A stretch of DNA of 63,308 nt, counting the filler, from Octopus bimaculoides (lineage: Eukaryota): NCBI RefSeq assembly GCF_001194135.2. It is 6 parts of 6 records of this genome, joined end to end, with 100 filler letters (N's around TTAATTAATTAA, not from the genome) between each part and the next. Parts side by side here need not be neighbours in the genome. Positions count along the whole stretch, not along the records: positions 10,333 to 37,324 come from NC_068991.1; positions 37,425 to 54,226 come from NC_068986.1; 4 more parts are not named here. The stretch is one strand, 5' to 3'. Of this stretch, positions 25,861 through 38,100 are shown in pieces (the first letter of the stretch is position 1; every line of letters starts with the position of its first letter). The translations under genes were made by a program, and so were the position numbers. Below the pieces are notes generated by a model, which made no database searches, was not told the origin of the DNA, and worked only from the letters and a program-made list of their open reading frames with translations.

Positions 25861-26165
25861 ATTATCCGCATAATTGCCTCTATACTCGCTCAATTTGATC
25901 CCTCTTATAGCCTTCTTTACCTTATGGAACTGATCCCTTGTAAAAAAGCATCGGAGTCTAAGTTTGAATCTCTTAAGCACTACTAAGAGTCGCCTATATG
26001 GAGNNNNNNNNNNNNNNNNNNNNNNNNNNNNNNNNNNNNNNNNNNNNNNNNNNNNNNNNNNNNNNNNNNNNNNNNNNNNNNNNNNNNNNNNNNNNNNNNN
26101 NNNNNNNNNNNNNNNNNNNNNNNNNNNNNNNNNNNNNNNNNNNNNNNNNNNNNNNNNATATATAT

Positions 26166-26212
<47 letters not shown>

Positions 26213-26306
26213 AATTTGACATGGGCGATTCTTTCTTGGCTTGGGATTCTCGGTCAAACGGGTGGGTGGAATTGCGTAAAAATTACAGATGCTGGGCTCT
26301 GTAGTT

Positions 26307-26532
26307 TTTCATAGCTTCCATGGTTACCGAAATAATCTACTATAATAATACTCTTGTGTTTATGAATGAGAAAGGAAGGGGTGACAGATGAATAAAGAAG
26401 GAAGGGCTAATGTCATATTTTTTCATAGCTCCCATGGTTACTGAAATAATCTACTATAATAATACTTTTGTGTTTATGAATGAGAACGGAAGGGATGATT
26501 GATGAACAGGGAAGGAAGGGGTGATGTCATAC
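26307..26532. repeat. Two-copy tandem repeat, unit ~113 bp
   Basis: ttttcatagct(t/c)ccatggttac(c/t)gaaataatctactataataatact.. repeated with scattered differences. Confidence 0.85.
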
Positions 26533-26605
26533 TTCGTAGTGAGATGATGAAAATTGTGCGCTGAAAAAATAAATCAAACAGCGTTTCAACTCTGTGAATA
26601 TATGT

Positions 26606-26646
26606 GTGTGTATGTAAAAGGGGATATGTGAATATGTGTGTGTTTG

Positions 26647-26679
<33 letters not shown>

Positions 26680-27023
26680 TTGTGTGTGTGCTTGTGCGCA
26701 CGCAATGGAAGTGGGATGGTTCATCTTTGTTCGCTTAGTATTCGGGTTTATTTTTTGATTCGGTTGAATCTTGGTTGTTGTTTTTTGTTGGTCAGTTATT
26801 TTTAGCGTTTTGACAGAAAAAAAGTCATTCTAAAATTGTTTTTTAACGTAAGCGTGCCCAGACAAATCGAATGCTTACACAGAGCAGATTTTACAGCCAC
26901 ATCATCCAAACTGATATTGGGATAAAAGGAAAACAACCAAATTTCCCAGTTATATATGGTTCTTAAGAGAAAAANNNNNNNNNNGTGTATGTAAAAGGGG
27001 ATATGTGAATATGTGTGTGTTTG

Positions 27024-27056
<33 letters not shown>

Positions 27057-27351
27057 TTGTGTGTGTGCTTGTGCGCACGCAATGGAAGTGGGATGGTTCA
27101 TCTTTGTTCGCTTAGTATTCGGGTTTATTTTTTGATTCGGTTGAATCTTGGTTGTTGTTTTTTGTTGGTCAGTTATTTTTAGCGTTTTGACAGAAAAAAA
27201 GTCATTCTAAAATTGTTTTTTAACGTAAGCGTGCCCAGACAAATCGAATGCTTACACAGAGCAGATTTTACAGCCACATCATCCAAACTGACATTGGGAT
27301 AAAAGGAAAACAACCAAATTTCCCAGTTATATATGGTTCTTAAGAGAAAAA
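26606..27351. other. ~365-bp duplication across a 10-N gap (probable assembly artefact)
   Basis: 26606-26974 and 26985-27351 are near identical (one visible substitution, gata/gaca) and abut a 10-N gap. Confidence 0.85.
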
Positions 27352-28389
27352 GGTGTCAACTACAAGATTCACTGGAAGATCTTGGCCAAGTGTAAGCCTT
27401 AAACCAACGGCAGTGGAGAGTGCGGTCTTTGCGATATGGAAAGATGGCTTCTCTGGAAAAGTTCTTTAGACCCCGCTACATGTCTAAATTCAAGAACTGA
27501 ACTTTTTGGGTCATGTCCACATATGGCAAAACATTTGCTACGTTTTTGGACCCCCAAACCTGCTTTTTATATTATGTCCACGTACAAGCCTTTCATATGT
27601 CTTAACATCTCACATATTTATATATATTTTATTACTTTATATATTTTTTCTGTATATTATTTTTCGCCCTTTATAATTGTGTAACTTATACACGTGTAGT
27701 ATATACCTAATGTATATGTACGTGCATATATACATGTGTATGAATGATTGTATATATATGAGTGCAAGACTCTGCCTGTTGTACTTGTCTCCTTCCTTCA
27801 TACATATATGTATGCATCTACGTTTATATATCTGCAGGTGTAGCTGTGGTTGACAGACAGGAGGGTGTATTTGTGTATGTATATATATAACTCATTTGAA
27901 TATTCAAGTTTTGCGGCGAATGTGAATGTTTTACGGATTATGTTTTTTGCGTATGTGTTTTTATTTGTATATACGTCTATCGGCGTGTGTATGTGCATGT
28001 GCGTATAGACTACGTTTTATATATCCGCGTATGTATGTGTATGTGCGTATAGTGATGTGTATATGAACATAATGATGCGTGCGTTTTTGCGTATGTGTTT
28101 TAATTTGTATATACGTTTTCCGCGTATGTATATGCATGTGCGTATCAACTACGTTTTGTATATCCGCGTATGTATATGTGTGCGCGTGTAGATATGAATA
28201 TATGAGCGTAGTGATGCGTGCATGGGTATATATGTGTGTGTATGTGCGTGTATGCGTAGACACATATATATGTATATATGTGTGTTTGTATGTATATGTT
28301 CACGCGTGTGTGAGTGTGTATATAGATATATATACATACATGTATATGCGTATATATATGTGTGCATATGCGGATTCTATGAATGAAAT

Positions 28390-28612
28390 ATTACTTTCAC
28401 CATGCCTATTGGAGTAATTTCCCTTTATTCAACGGTATTTTTTTTCATAGCGTTTTGTCTTAATAACTGATGAGATGCCGGAGCAGACTTCAGCCCCGGT
28501 ATCCGAAGCTCTGAGTTTTATTATGACAACCAACTAATTGTCACATATTATATTTATAGATAAATTACTCTATTTTACATAATATCGAGGTCTTATTCAT
28601 TCTTTTTTTGTC
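28390..28612 (+). mobile_element. Short non-coding repeat family P1 carrying a hammerhead motif (copy 1)
   Basis: Homologous along its length to 47757-47960 (gagtaa.ttccctttattcaa..ttcatagcg..ataatgacaacc..ctctatttta..taatatcgaggtct). Confidence 0.75.
28461..28523 (+). ncRNA. Type I hammerhead ribozyme motif, family P1
   Basis: Stem I taataa/ttatta, core CTGATGA, stem II gatgccgg/ccggtatc, GAAG (one mismatch to GAAA), stem III ctctgag, triplet GTT. Confidence 0.75.
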
Positions 28613-28746
28613 ATATTATTATTATTAATATATATATATATTGGGTCATGTCCACATAATATGCTTTTAAATAAAGCATATTACTCTACCTCTGGTATTT
28701 GAGTACTCTTTTTTCCACCTTGTTGCACATTTCATGTGCTTACTCC

Positions 28747-28795
<49 letters not shown>

Positions 28796-28824
28796 GCATG
28801 TATGTATGTATGTATGTATGTATG

Positions 28825-29072
28825 TACTTTATTTCATGTTGCTCCAGTCCACTCAGCTGTAGAAATGAGTTGCGATATCAGTGGTGCGAAGCTGTATCGG
28901 CCTTTACCTTTCCCTTGGATAACATCAGTGGCGTGGAGAGGGGAGGCTGGTATGCATAGGCGACTGTTGGTCTTCCACAAACAACCCTGCCCGGACTTCT
29001 GCCTCGGAGGGTAACTTTGCATTTGCCTCGGAGGGTAAATGCAATCCCATTTTCATTTATGACCGAAGGGTG
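28825..29072 (+). mobile_element. SINE type C, headless copy
   Basis: Colinear with 21880-22110; contains a small internal duplication tgcctcggagggtaa. Confidence 0.8.
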
Positions 29073-30963
29073 TCGTCTGAGAAAACATGCATATATATAC
29101 AGACATGCATATATATGCGTGCATGTATGTTTATGTGAATGTACATCTCTCTATTTGTCCTTCTTGTTCTCTCTGGTTATACACATACTTATACATACAT
29201 ACTTGTTTAATTATACAATATATAATATCCATCGATATTTTTTCAAATTTATGAGTATTCATATATATGTATCCATATACATGGGTGGTGTGGATATGTG
29301 TAGATGTGTGCCTAAGTATGCGAATATATGTGTATTTATCCATATATGATGGTTTCTGTATGTATTTATGTGTGTCTGTCTGTATGTATGTATGTGTCTG
29401 TATCTATATGTATGTATGTGTATGTATGTATGTGTCTGTATCTATGTGTGTCTGTATGTATATTCATGTAATACTTAAGAGAATCATGTGACTAGCAGAA
29501 AGGTGTTCTTTCCATCACCGTCTTCCAAAACCACTATCAACACCACCGCTACCGTAATAACCATAACCACCACCACCACCACCTCCACCACGACCACCAC
29601 GACCACCACGACCACGACCACCACCTCCACCACCACCACCACCACCATCGCCACCATCATCATCTTCAACATCATCGGCACGACTACGACCGATGCAACT
29701 CACATCAGCACTACTCAAAAAAATCTACCACTACCCTCACCATCACTACTACTACTTCTACTATAAACCCACCGCTACCTCTGTCACCATTACCACTACT
29801 ATCCACTATCACCACCACTACCACCTATGTCACCACCTAACACCATCATCATCATCACCACTACCACTCTTCACTATTACAACCCACATCCAAACCACCG
29901 AAACACCGCCACCACCACCACCAAAGTGATTTAATGCTCGAAATTTTCTTTACTTCTTTGGTAAGCGACTCTGTCATTTTCACGGACCCAATACGAGCTT
30001 GTGTTATTGATATATCTCTCCCTCTCACTCTCTCACTCTCTCTCTCTCTCTCTCCCTCATTTTCTCTCTCTCTCTCTCTCACACACACTCACTCGCTCAT
30101 CATCTTCTTCCCCTCGCTCTCTTTTTCTCTCTCTCCCCTCTCTCCCTCTGTCTCTCTTTCCCCACGACTTCATTCCCAACACCAAACAACAACTCAATTC
30201 CGCTTCAAAGACTCCTCTTCTAATTTGCTGTTTATTTCCATAATGGTAGTGATTAGCCACACTTCCTTATTCAAAATCAACATCACAGGACTTCTCTTGT
30301 ACACAAATTCTCCCNNNNNNNNNNNNNNNNNNNNNNNNNNNNNNNNNNNNNNNNNNNNNNNNNNNNNNNNNNNNNNNNNNNNNNNNNNNNNNNNNNNNNN
30401 NNNNNNNNNNNNNNNNNNNNNNNNNNNNNNNNNNNNNNNNNNNNNNNNNNNNNNNNNNNNNNNNNNNNNNNNNNNNNNNNNNNNNNNNNNNNNNNNNNNN
30501 NNNNNNNNNNNNNNNNNNNNNNNNNNNNNNNNNNNNNNNNNNNNNNNNNNNNNNNNNNNNNNNNNNNNNNNNNNNNNNNNNNNNNNNNNNNNNNNNNNNN
30601 NNNNNNNNNNNNNNNNNNNNNNNNNNNNNNNNNNNNNNNNNNNNNNNNNNNNNNNNNNNNNNNNNNNNNNNNNNNNNNNNNNNNNNNNNNNNNNNNNNNN
30701 NNNNNNNNNNNNNNNNNNNNNNNNNNNNNNNNNNATATATATATATATATATATATAAATGTATGTGTGTGTTTTCAATGTTTTCAAATAACACGGAAAA
30801 AAAAAAATAAATGGTTACCAGTGCAGCAAAAATTCATATAAGTACCAAGGATGTAACAGCCTACTTATAAAGGTAGAAATTCCTGATTTTGGTGAAATGT
30901 TTTTGATAACATAGATAAATAAATAAATGGAGTTAAACGCAGGTGTTATTCAAATCTTTCTAC

Positions 30964-31050
30964 TTCCGACGTATGTTTCGAAGTAAACATTGGTATTACT
31001 CCAGAAGGAATAAAATGATGTAAAACAATGCAATCTTCACGTCAGGGGAT
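30964..31050 (-). ncRNA. Decayed hammerhead-like motif with long stem II (family P3)
   Basis: Minus strand: cc-ctgacgtga (CTGATGA plus 2-nt insertion), ag...ct, tcGAAAcatacGTCgg. Confidence 0.4.
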
Positions 31051-31452
31051 AAAAGAGAAACAAAACACATCAATAAGCCATTTTAACCGAATGTGATTAC
31101 TGAAAATTTTCAGCTATTCATTCTTGTGTTACTAGAGCCATGTGTGATAGTGCTGAGTCTTACTGAAACACATATGGCCTTCCATTGCATACACTGTCTA
31201 CCCAGGGCTTAACAATTAATTCCAGGACCTCAATATAGGCGGTAGAGTAAACATAGAGTATACATAGAGATAGATAGATAGATAGATAGATAGATATACA
31301 CACATATGCGTGTATGTGTGTGTGTGTGTGTTTATGTGTGTCAATTTACTGTTCTATTTCTTACCATATGCTCTCACAATTAAATCACACGTAACTGTAC
31401 CGAACTACAACTATCCAAAGTATATATATTTAGCATGTAAAATACCAATATA

Positions 31453-31669
31453 CAGTAATCTCTCGCTATATCGCGGTTCACATATCGCGGTTTATTATTC
31501 AAGCTTACGTCGATTCCTCCGTCGTGTTGTTTTGCATTTATAATGAAATAAATACATACAAATTATAAAAATAATTAAAAAAATATACAGTACTTTTTCT
31601 ACTTCGCGGATTTTCACCTATCGCGGGGTTTTTTGGAACGTAACAGCCGCGATAGTTGAAGGATTACTG
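31453..31669. mobile_element. Tigger/pogo-like MITE, 217 bp
   Basis: TA flanks; TIRs cagtaatctctcgctatatcgcgg / ccgcgatagttgaaggattactg; internal tcgcgg sub-repeats. Confidence 0.75.
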
Positions 31670-31707
31670 TATATGTGTGCGCGCGTCTTATATATAATAT
31701 ATATGTA

Positions 31708-31768
31708 AGTGGTTCCCCAGCATAGCCGCAGTGAAATGCCTTAAACAAGTAAAAGAGTAAAAGAATAT
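31708..31768 (+). mobile_element. SINE type B tail fragment
   Basis: ccccagcatagccgcagtgaaatgccttaaacaagtaaaagagtaaaaga. Confidence 0.6.
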
Positions 31769-32026
31769 AAGTGGGGGTGCTGAGAAGATTTTGGCTTTAA
31801 GGATATCGAGAAAGACCTGGCTGAGGTCGAACCTTCCGAGTTCTCTTACAGGGCTTAGAAAAACTGAAACACCGATGCAAGAAGAGTGTGAATCTGTGAC
31901 GGGAATATATTGAATAAAATCACAAATGATCCTCCTGTATTTTCTTTTGCCCAAAAATATAAACCTTTAAATGCGTATGTATATACATATATGCATGCAC
32001 GCGACCATGTATGTGTGTGCGCATGT

Positions 32027-32079
<53 letters not shown>

Positions 32080-33144
32080 TTGTGTGTGTGTAAAATTTGA
32101 CCGGTGACTGTTAGTGGTGCCACTACGGTTGCTTTCAGAATATGAGGCGGAGAGAAAGAGAGTTTGCTTAGAAATAGAAGGATGGGAGAAATTTCCCTTA
32201 AGGCGAGAGAACCGCTCACGGCTTATAATGTCTTAATTTTTTTGCTCTATTATCATACGATGTCTTTACATACATATAAATACAAAATGGGACAAGAACG
32301 CAAAACATTCAGATAGACGATACAAAGAAAACAAGGCCGGCTCATTCGGAGGTTTCTTTCCTCAGTCGAGTTCCAGATTATCTTTGCAATTTCGGCTGGT
32401 TATACTTATAGATAGGTAGATAGATAGATAGATAGATAGATACATACATACATACATACATACATACATACATACATACATACACATGTATATAAGCACA
32501 TATGCGTCTGCGTATGTACGTGTGCGAGTGAGTGTGTGCGTAAGTATGTTTGTACGTCTACTGTTGTGGAATGGTTAATCAAATAATGGTTTATCAATTG
32601 TTTTGGAAGGGTAATGAAAGGAAGAGACCAACCTTTGGCCTAGGTGGAACATATGTATATGAGTTTTGTACTTTGTTTTGTCTTTGCCGCCTAATTTTCG
32701 AAAATTTATTTCATGAGTTTTCTTATTCTTTGAAGTTATTTTCACTCTGTTGTGGCCTTTGATGCTGTTCATTATTTTGTATAAAGTCTCACCCCTTGCT
32801 TGTTTTTAACATTTTATCTAACTTTTTTTTATTAAGTTGTTGCTGACTATACGCATATTTTTTTTTAATCTTTTAGTCAAGAGAAAAGGCTTTGCCCATC
32901 ACCCATTACATTCCCTCAGAGATTGGTGGGAAAGAGGAAGCTATTCTTCCTCCCAACAATCTCTGAAAATCGAAAACATGACTCGAGAGCTTGCTACAGA
33001 GTGGACTCCGTTGAAGGCAGCCAAGTTGCCAGGGATAAATCAACCATCTAAGAAAGACATGGCATGATTTTAGCTGAGGTTGCTAAGAGCTAAAACAAAT
33101 ATCGCAAAACATCCTGATCGAAGTTCTGATATTTCCACCAACCT

Positions 33145-33278
33145 ACCGTACTTTATTTTTATCGATTCCCAAAATGATGAAAACAAAGTTAACCTCATCG
33201 GGATTTGAACTTAGAACAAAGAGAGTCGGAACAAGTACAGTGTCCGACGCTTTAACAGTTGTGCCAATTCACCGCTTG
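33145..33278 (-). mobile_element. SINE type A, degenerate
   Basis: gtactttatttttatcgattcccaaaatgatgaaaacaaagttaacctcatcgggatttgaacttagaac is the reverse complement of the type A core. Confidence 0.6.
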
Positions 33279-33348
33279 ACGTAACGATGATAGGTTTGCT
33301 ATTTCGATGATAGAAACATGATGTTTTTTAATGTTGATTTGTGAGATA

Positions 33349-34316
33349 CAGGGGTTGGACAAAATAATGGAAACACCTTAAAATTTCAAACAAATTTATT
33401 TTAATATGGGGTAGGACGGCCTTTGGCAGTAACAACTTTAGCTGTGTGAATTAGTGCATTATCATCCTGAAAGATTGCGTTTCCCTCCGGAAACAGTTCC
33501 GCAACCATAGGATGAATTTGATCAGATAAAATGCTTAAATAGTCTTGAATATTAANNNNNNNNNNNNNNNNNNNNNNNNNNNNNNNNNNNNNNNNNNNNN
33601 NNNNNNNNNNNNNNNNNNNNNNNNNNNNNNNNNNNNNNNNNNNNNNNNNNNNNNNNNNNNNNNNNNNNNNNNNNNNNNNNNNNNNNNNNNNNNNNNNNNN
33701 NNNNNNNNNNNNNNNNNNNNNNNNNNNNNNNNNNNNNNNNNNNNNNNNNNNNNNNNNNNNNNNNNNNNNNNNNNNNNNNNNNNNNNNNNNNNNNNNNNNN
33801 NNNNNNNNNNNNNNNNNNNNNNNNNNNNNNNNNNNNNNNNNNNNNTGGGTTCTCAAAGTAGTCATTAAGCTCTGCAGAAATTTTGGGAGCTGCACTTTTG
33901 AGATCCTTTCCAACTATTCGCGAAAGAGTCCGACGTTCCCTACCTGAAAGTTTTGGGTTTCTTCCGGAATTTTGTTTCGATGAGGAGGTTTTCCCCTCTT
34001 TCTCAAAGGCTGTCATTACTTTCGAGACAGTACTTCTTGATACACCAAAGATTTCGGCTGTTTTCGTTACGCTAGCGCCTGCCTTACAAGCACCAACAAT
34101 TTGATCTCTTTGAAAGTCCGATAGATCTGTCATTTTGATGAATTTTAATTACCTTTTTCTGATGATATCTGAAATGAAACAGCAATTTTAGCAGAGCATA
34201 TCAAGCAACACTAATAATAAATCAAAAAAGATAAAAATAAAGAAGCTTTTGATATAGATATTTCAAAAGTATGATGCTATGATGCTAGGTGTTTCCATTA
34301 TTTTGTCCAACCCCTA
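33349..34316 (-). mobile_element. Tc1-family transposon, non-autonomous deletion derivative with near-perfect 30-bp TIRs
   Basis: TIR caggggttggacaaaataatggaaacacct matches the right end 29/30; TA flanks; minus-strand ORF from 34133 MTDLSDFQRDQIVGACKAGASVTKTAEIFGVSRSTVSKV.. [gap] ..IFQDDNALIHTAKVVTAKGRPTPY*. Confidence 0.95.
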
Positions 34317-35169
34317 TATGTTTTGTTGACATTTTCAATAATTATTTTCTTTAATATATCTACGACATTATTTAAACTGAATATTATTGTTTTGACGGAA
34401 TTTAAAGTGTGTTTGCTTTGGTCATTGATGTGTGAACGTACAATTTGTCTTGATGGTGAAGTGCTGAGAATAGATTTAGGTTGTTTGCTATATAGTCGGG
34501 GGTTCCTAAGACACCTGTGATAGAAGGAAATGTTCGAAGAGGATTTACCTCAATTAGTTTGGTTTAGTGTGAAACGTTTAGGGTATAAATCGAATAAGTT
34601 GAAATCCTTCTTATATTATCTGCATTATTTTTTTGCACCAAGATGTGTTGTATACGTTGGAATTTCTTCCAGTAATGGCATTTAGGATAACCTAAAGTGT
34701 TACAGATAGCCTGTACAACCAGATACAATGACTGAAGATGTTTGTTTTTTTATGGTGTGTGTTGGGTTTCTTTTTTCTTTAGTTTATGTATTTTAATGTT
34801 GTACCATGTCTTATCAATCACTGAATGCCGTATCTATGTACGAGATTTAATATTCTACTGTTATGGGTCCCACCTTATCAGACTGTAACTAAGGATATGA
34901 GAGGTACTGTGTTGAGTTAGTAGCATTGTGTTTTGTAGCATTGCAATGTGAATACCAGGTATGAGAAATAGGATTTAAATTTCATAAAAAGTATTTGTAT
35001 ACGTTTATTAGTTTAGCATTTTGTATTGCTTAGGTGATATACGTATTCTTGCTTGCTAGGTTTTTGTGTAGGGTGAGCCTAAATTTTCTTGTGTTGCTTT
35101 ATTTTGTACCTATACCAAGTGAAACCACATTGTTGCCGTAACTGCGCTACAATCAGATTTCAAGGTTGT

Positions 35170-35548
35170 ATTTTGCTATTTCAACGCAGATCGCTTAAGA
35201 TCGACCAACCTGTCTTTTTCCCAGCCACAGTGTACATAAGATCAAATCAAAAGAGTCGGTGCAGGTCAAAGATGCTGAAGATGCTCCTTTTTTTTCCTCC
35301 GTTTCGCCTCCTCATTCTGTTACCTGTTCTGCTCGAAGGAGCTGGTTCCATTGCGGATAGCAGTCCTTCAGGCTGTCCTATCCATGGCAATCTGTTCCCA
35401 TGAGGATGGCTGGATGTTAGCTTGAGCCAAGGTCCGTTTGAACTGGTCTTTAAAACGGAATTTCGGACCTCTTCTGGGTCTTGTATCGATTGCAAGCTCT
35501 TTGTAGAGCATGATCCTTGGGAGACGAGAGAGCTCCCTACGCAGGACA
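35170..35548 (-). mobile_element. RTE-clade LINE 3' fragment
   Basis: HVLRRELSRLPRIMLYKELAIDTRPRRGPKFRFKDQFKRTLAQANIQPSSWEQIAMDRTA*RTAIRNG, the typical RTE/Bov-B-like ORF C-terminus. Confidence 0.85.
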
Positions 35549-35626
35549 TGGCACCTTGAGCAAGTGTCTTCTGCTATAGCCTCGAGCCGACCAAAGACTT
35601 GAAAGTGGATTTGGTAGACAGAAACC

Positions 35627-35630
<4 letters not shown>
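35546..35630 (+). mobile_element. SINE type B fragment starting at the CORE-like segment
   Basis: tggcaccttgagcaagtgtcttctgctatagcctcgagccgaccaaagacttgaaagtggatttggtagac. Confidence 0.8.
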
Positions 35631-35711
<81 letters not shown>

Positions 35712-37225
35712 CGTGTACGTGTGCAAATATATATATGCACACACATATATGCATGTATATGTGGACATTTACTACATGGGCGCAGGCAGAGATGACCTTG
35801 CTATACGTGGATTCTATTTCACGCATAACTTCATGAATGTTTTACTTATTTGGATATTACCTTTCACAGCTTGTTGAAATAATTATAATCTGATTAGGTG
35901 TGTTTTTCTAGGATTTGTAAAACTCGAAGCAGTTGTTTATATACTGGAAGGTGAAATGAAGGCCACTTCATCTATTATTTTCTTCTGTCATTTATTCCAT
36001 GCACTTCGAAAACAACCAACTCACCCAATACATTCTTGGTGACTGACACCTACCATGAATCCTACCAACTGTTACATTTGACAACTCTGACATTAGAAAA
36101 AACAAATATGTAATCTTCTAACTTGCTAACTATTAATATACAAAGCGCTGGATTTCTCTACAAACCGTTACATGTATGTATATTTCATGTATGTATATTT
36201 TCAGGTATGTTGAAAATAGTGCAGTTGAATGCTGTTTATATCTCTTTTTGGTGCAAAGACATAGCACCGACGGCATCATACGTCACAAGACTCGCCGCCA
36301 TACTACATTTTTGCGTCAGCAACTGCCATGTATTTCTGCTGAGCATTGCTATTTATGAGTTATTTCTTACTATCGTCAAATGTTTTGTTTGTCTATACTA
36401 CACTACGGAACGTGATATTCCTTTCTTAGGGAAGCAGAATATAATGCCAGCGAAATTTGGCTGCTATTTTCAGCAAGTCAAGCAACCGCCTAGATGGATC
36501 CTAGTGTTAGTTAATGGTGCTGGTGTTGATGGTGTTGAAGTGTTGTTGGTGACAATAGCAGCATGGGTGGTGTTGGTGACAATATCAAGATTGATGGTGT
36601 GCTGGTGACGGTGTCTTTAATGGGGTTGATTTGGCTGAACTTGTTTGTAATGGCCATTTACAATGTTAGCTGTTAGTGTTGGCGACATTATTTATTGTTA
36701 ATGGTATTGTTGATTTTATTGACGTTTGTTTGCTATCGATATCCTCGATCGATGTCCTCCGTTGTTATGTATCAAACATCAAAGAATGAAGGGTAAACAT
36801 TCACCCATCCTATAATCGTTAGTTTGATGTTCATATCGTTAAAGCGTACATTTCGAACCTTTCCCCCATATATGGTTGTAAAACGGTGTGTTTGATAACA
36901 AACAGAGCAATATAAGCTATGACAATAACAAGAACAATATAATAATGGTAATTTATTCTCACTGTTTTAGTAGTTCCAGTCTTAACGCTCTGGCCATGCT
37001 GGGGCACCGCCATTAAATATTGTCATTTTTGCAAATGCTGCGTACCAGTAAATTGCTAAAAGACGGGTAGGCGAAAATATAGCTCCTAGAGGACGCTTGT
37101 TTTTAATAACAAATTAAAATAGTCAACTTAAAACTGAAACAGCGGCAGTGTTTTCAGGCTTTTCCATAGTCGGATTCCCCCACTCCCTTTTGAGAAAGCG
37201 TATGCAATATATTTCAGGTCAGTTT

Positions 37226-37324
37226 GGAAGAAGAAGAAGAAGAAGAAGAAGAAGAAGAAGAAGAAGAAGAAGAAGAAGAAGAAGAAGAAGAAGAAGAAGA
37301 AGAAGAAGAAGAAGAAGAAGAAGA
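37226..37324. repeat. (GAA)n microsatellite ending at scaffold gap
   Basis: Direct inspection. Confidence 0.95.
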
Positions 37325-37368
37325 NNNNNNNNNNNNNNNNNNNNNNNNNNNNNNNNNNNNNNNNNNNN

Positions 37369-37380
37369 TTAATTAATTAA
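37369..37380. other. Artificial scaffold linker
   Basis: 44N-TTAATTAATTAA-44N. Confidence 0.95.
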
Positions 37381-37471
37381 NNNNNNNNNNNNNNNNNNNN
37401 NNNNNNNNNNNNNNNNNNNNNNNNTAAGTAAAATTTTTCTGAAAATTTTACAGCGGTAATAAAAGTATATA

Positions 37472-37830
37472 AGGCGGTGAGCTGGCAGAAACGTTAGCAC
37501 GCCGGGCGAAATGCTTAGCGGTATTTCATCTGTCTTTACGTTCTGAGTTCAAATTCCGCCGAGGTCGACTTTGCCTTTCATCCTTTCGGGGTCGATAAAT
37601 TAAGTACCAGTTACGCACTGGGTCGATGTAATCCTTGTTTGTCCCGTGGGCAATAAAGAAATAAGAAACGCAAGAACGCCGGGCAAAATGCTTAGCGGTA
37701 TTTTGTCTGCCACTGCGTTCTGAATTTATATTCCGCCGAGGTCGACTTTCATCCTTTCGGGGTTAATAGATTAAGTACTATGGTCGATTTAATCGACTGG
37801 CCCCATTCTTCAATATTTCTGGCCTAGAGT
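37472..37830 (+). mobile_element. SINE type A, head-to-tail dimer
   Basis: Full copy from aggcggtgagctggcagaaacg; second copy joins at aaagaaataagaaacg (~37666), the same junction as at 8970. Confidence 0.9.
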
Positions 37831-37934
37831 AGAAAATAATAAAAGCATGTTACTCTACCTTTGGTATTTGAGTACATTTTCCACCTTGTTTTGCATTTAT
37901 TTCTTACTTGTGGTCGTGTGTATGTATATATGTA

Positions 37935-38100
37935 CGTAAGTACTTGTGTGTTTGTGTTTGTCGCTCCACCATCGCTTGACAACCGATGGAATAAGTACTA
38001 GGCTTACAAAGAATAAAACCTGGAGTTGATTTGTTCGATTAAAGGCGATGCTCCATCATGGTCGCAGTCAAATAACCAAAACAAGTAAAAGAGAATAAAA
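37935..38100 (+). mobile_element. SINE type B, 3' body with internal deletion
   Basis: gcttgacaaccgatg-gaataagtactaggcttacaaagaataa..ttaaaggcgatgctcca..aaacaagtaaaagag. Confidence 0.8.

Noticed and set aside
29488-29929. Thr/His/Gly-rich ORFs (mucin-like or glycine-rich)
   Set aside because: Products of (ACC/CAC)n trinucleotide repeats.
34400-35060. Possible decayed LINE on the minus strand
   Set aside because: Only a weak 'ITGVLGT' resemblance; no diagnostic motif could be read.
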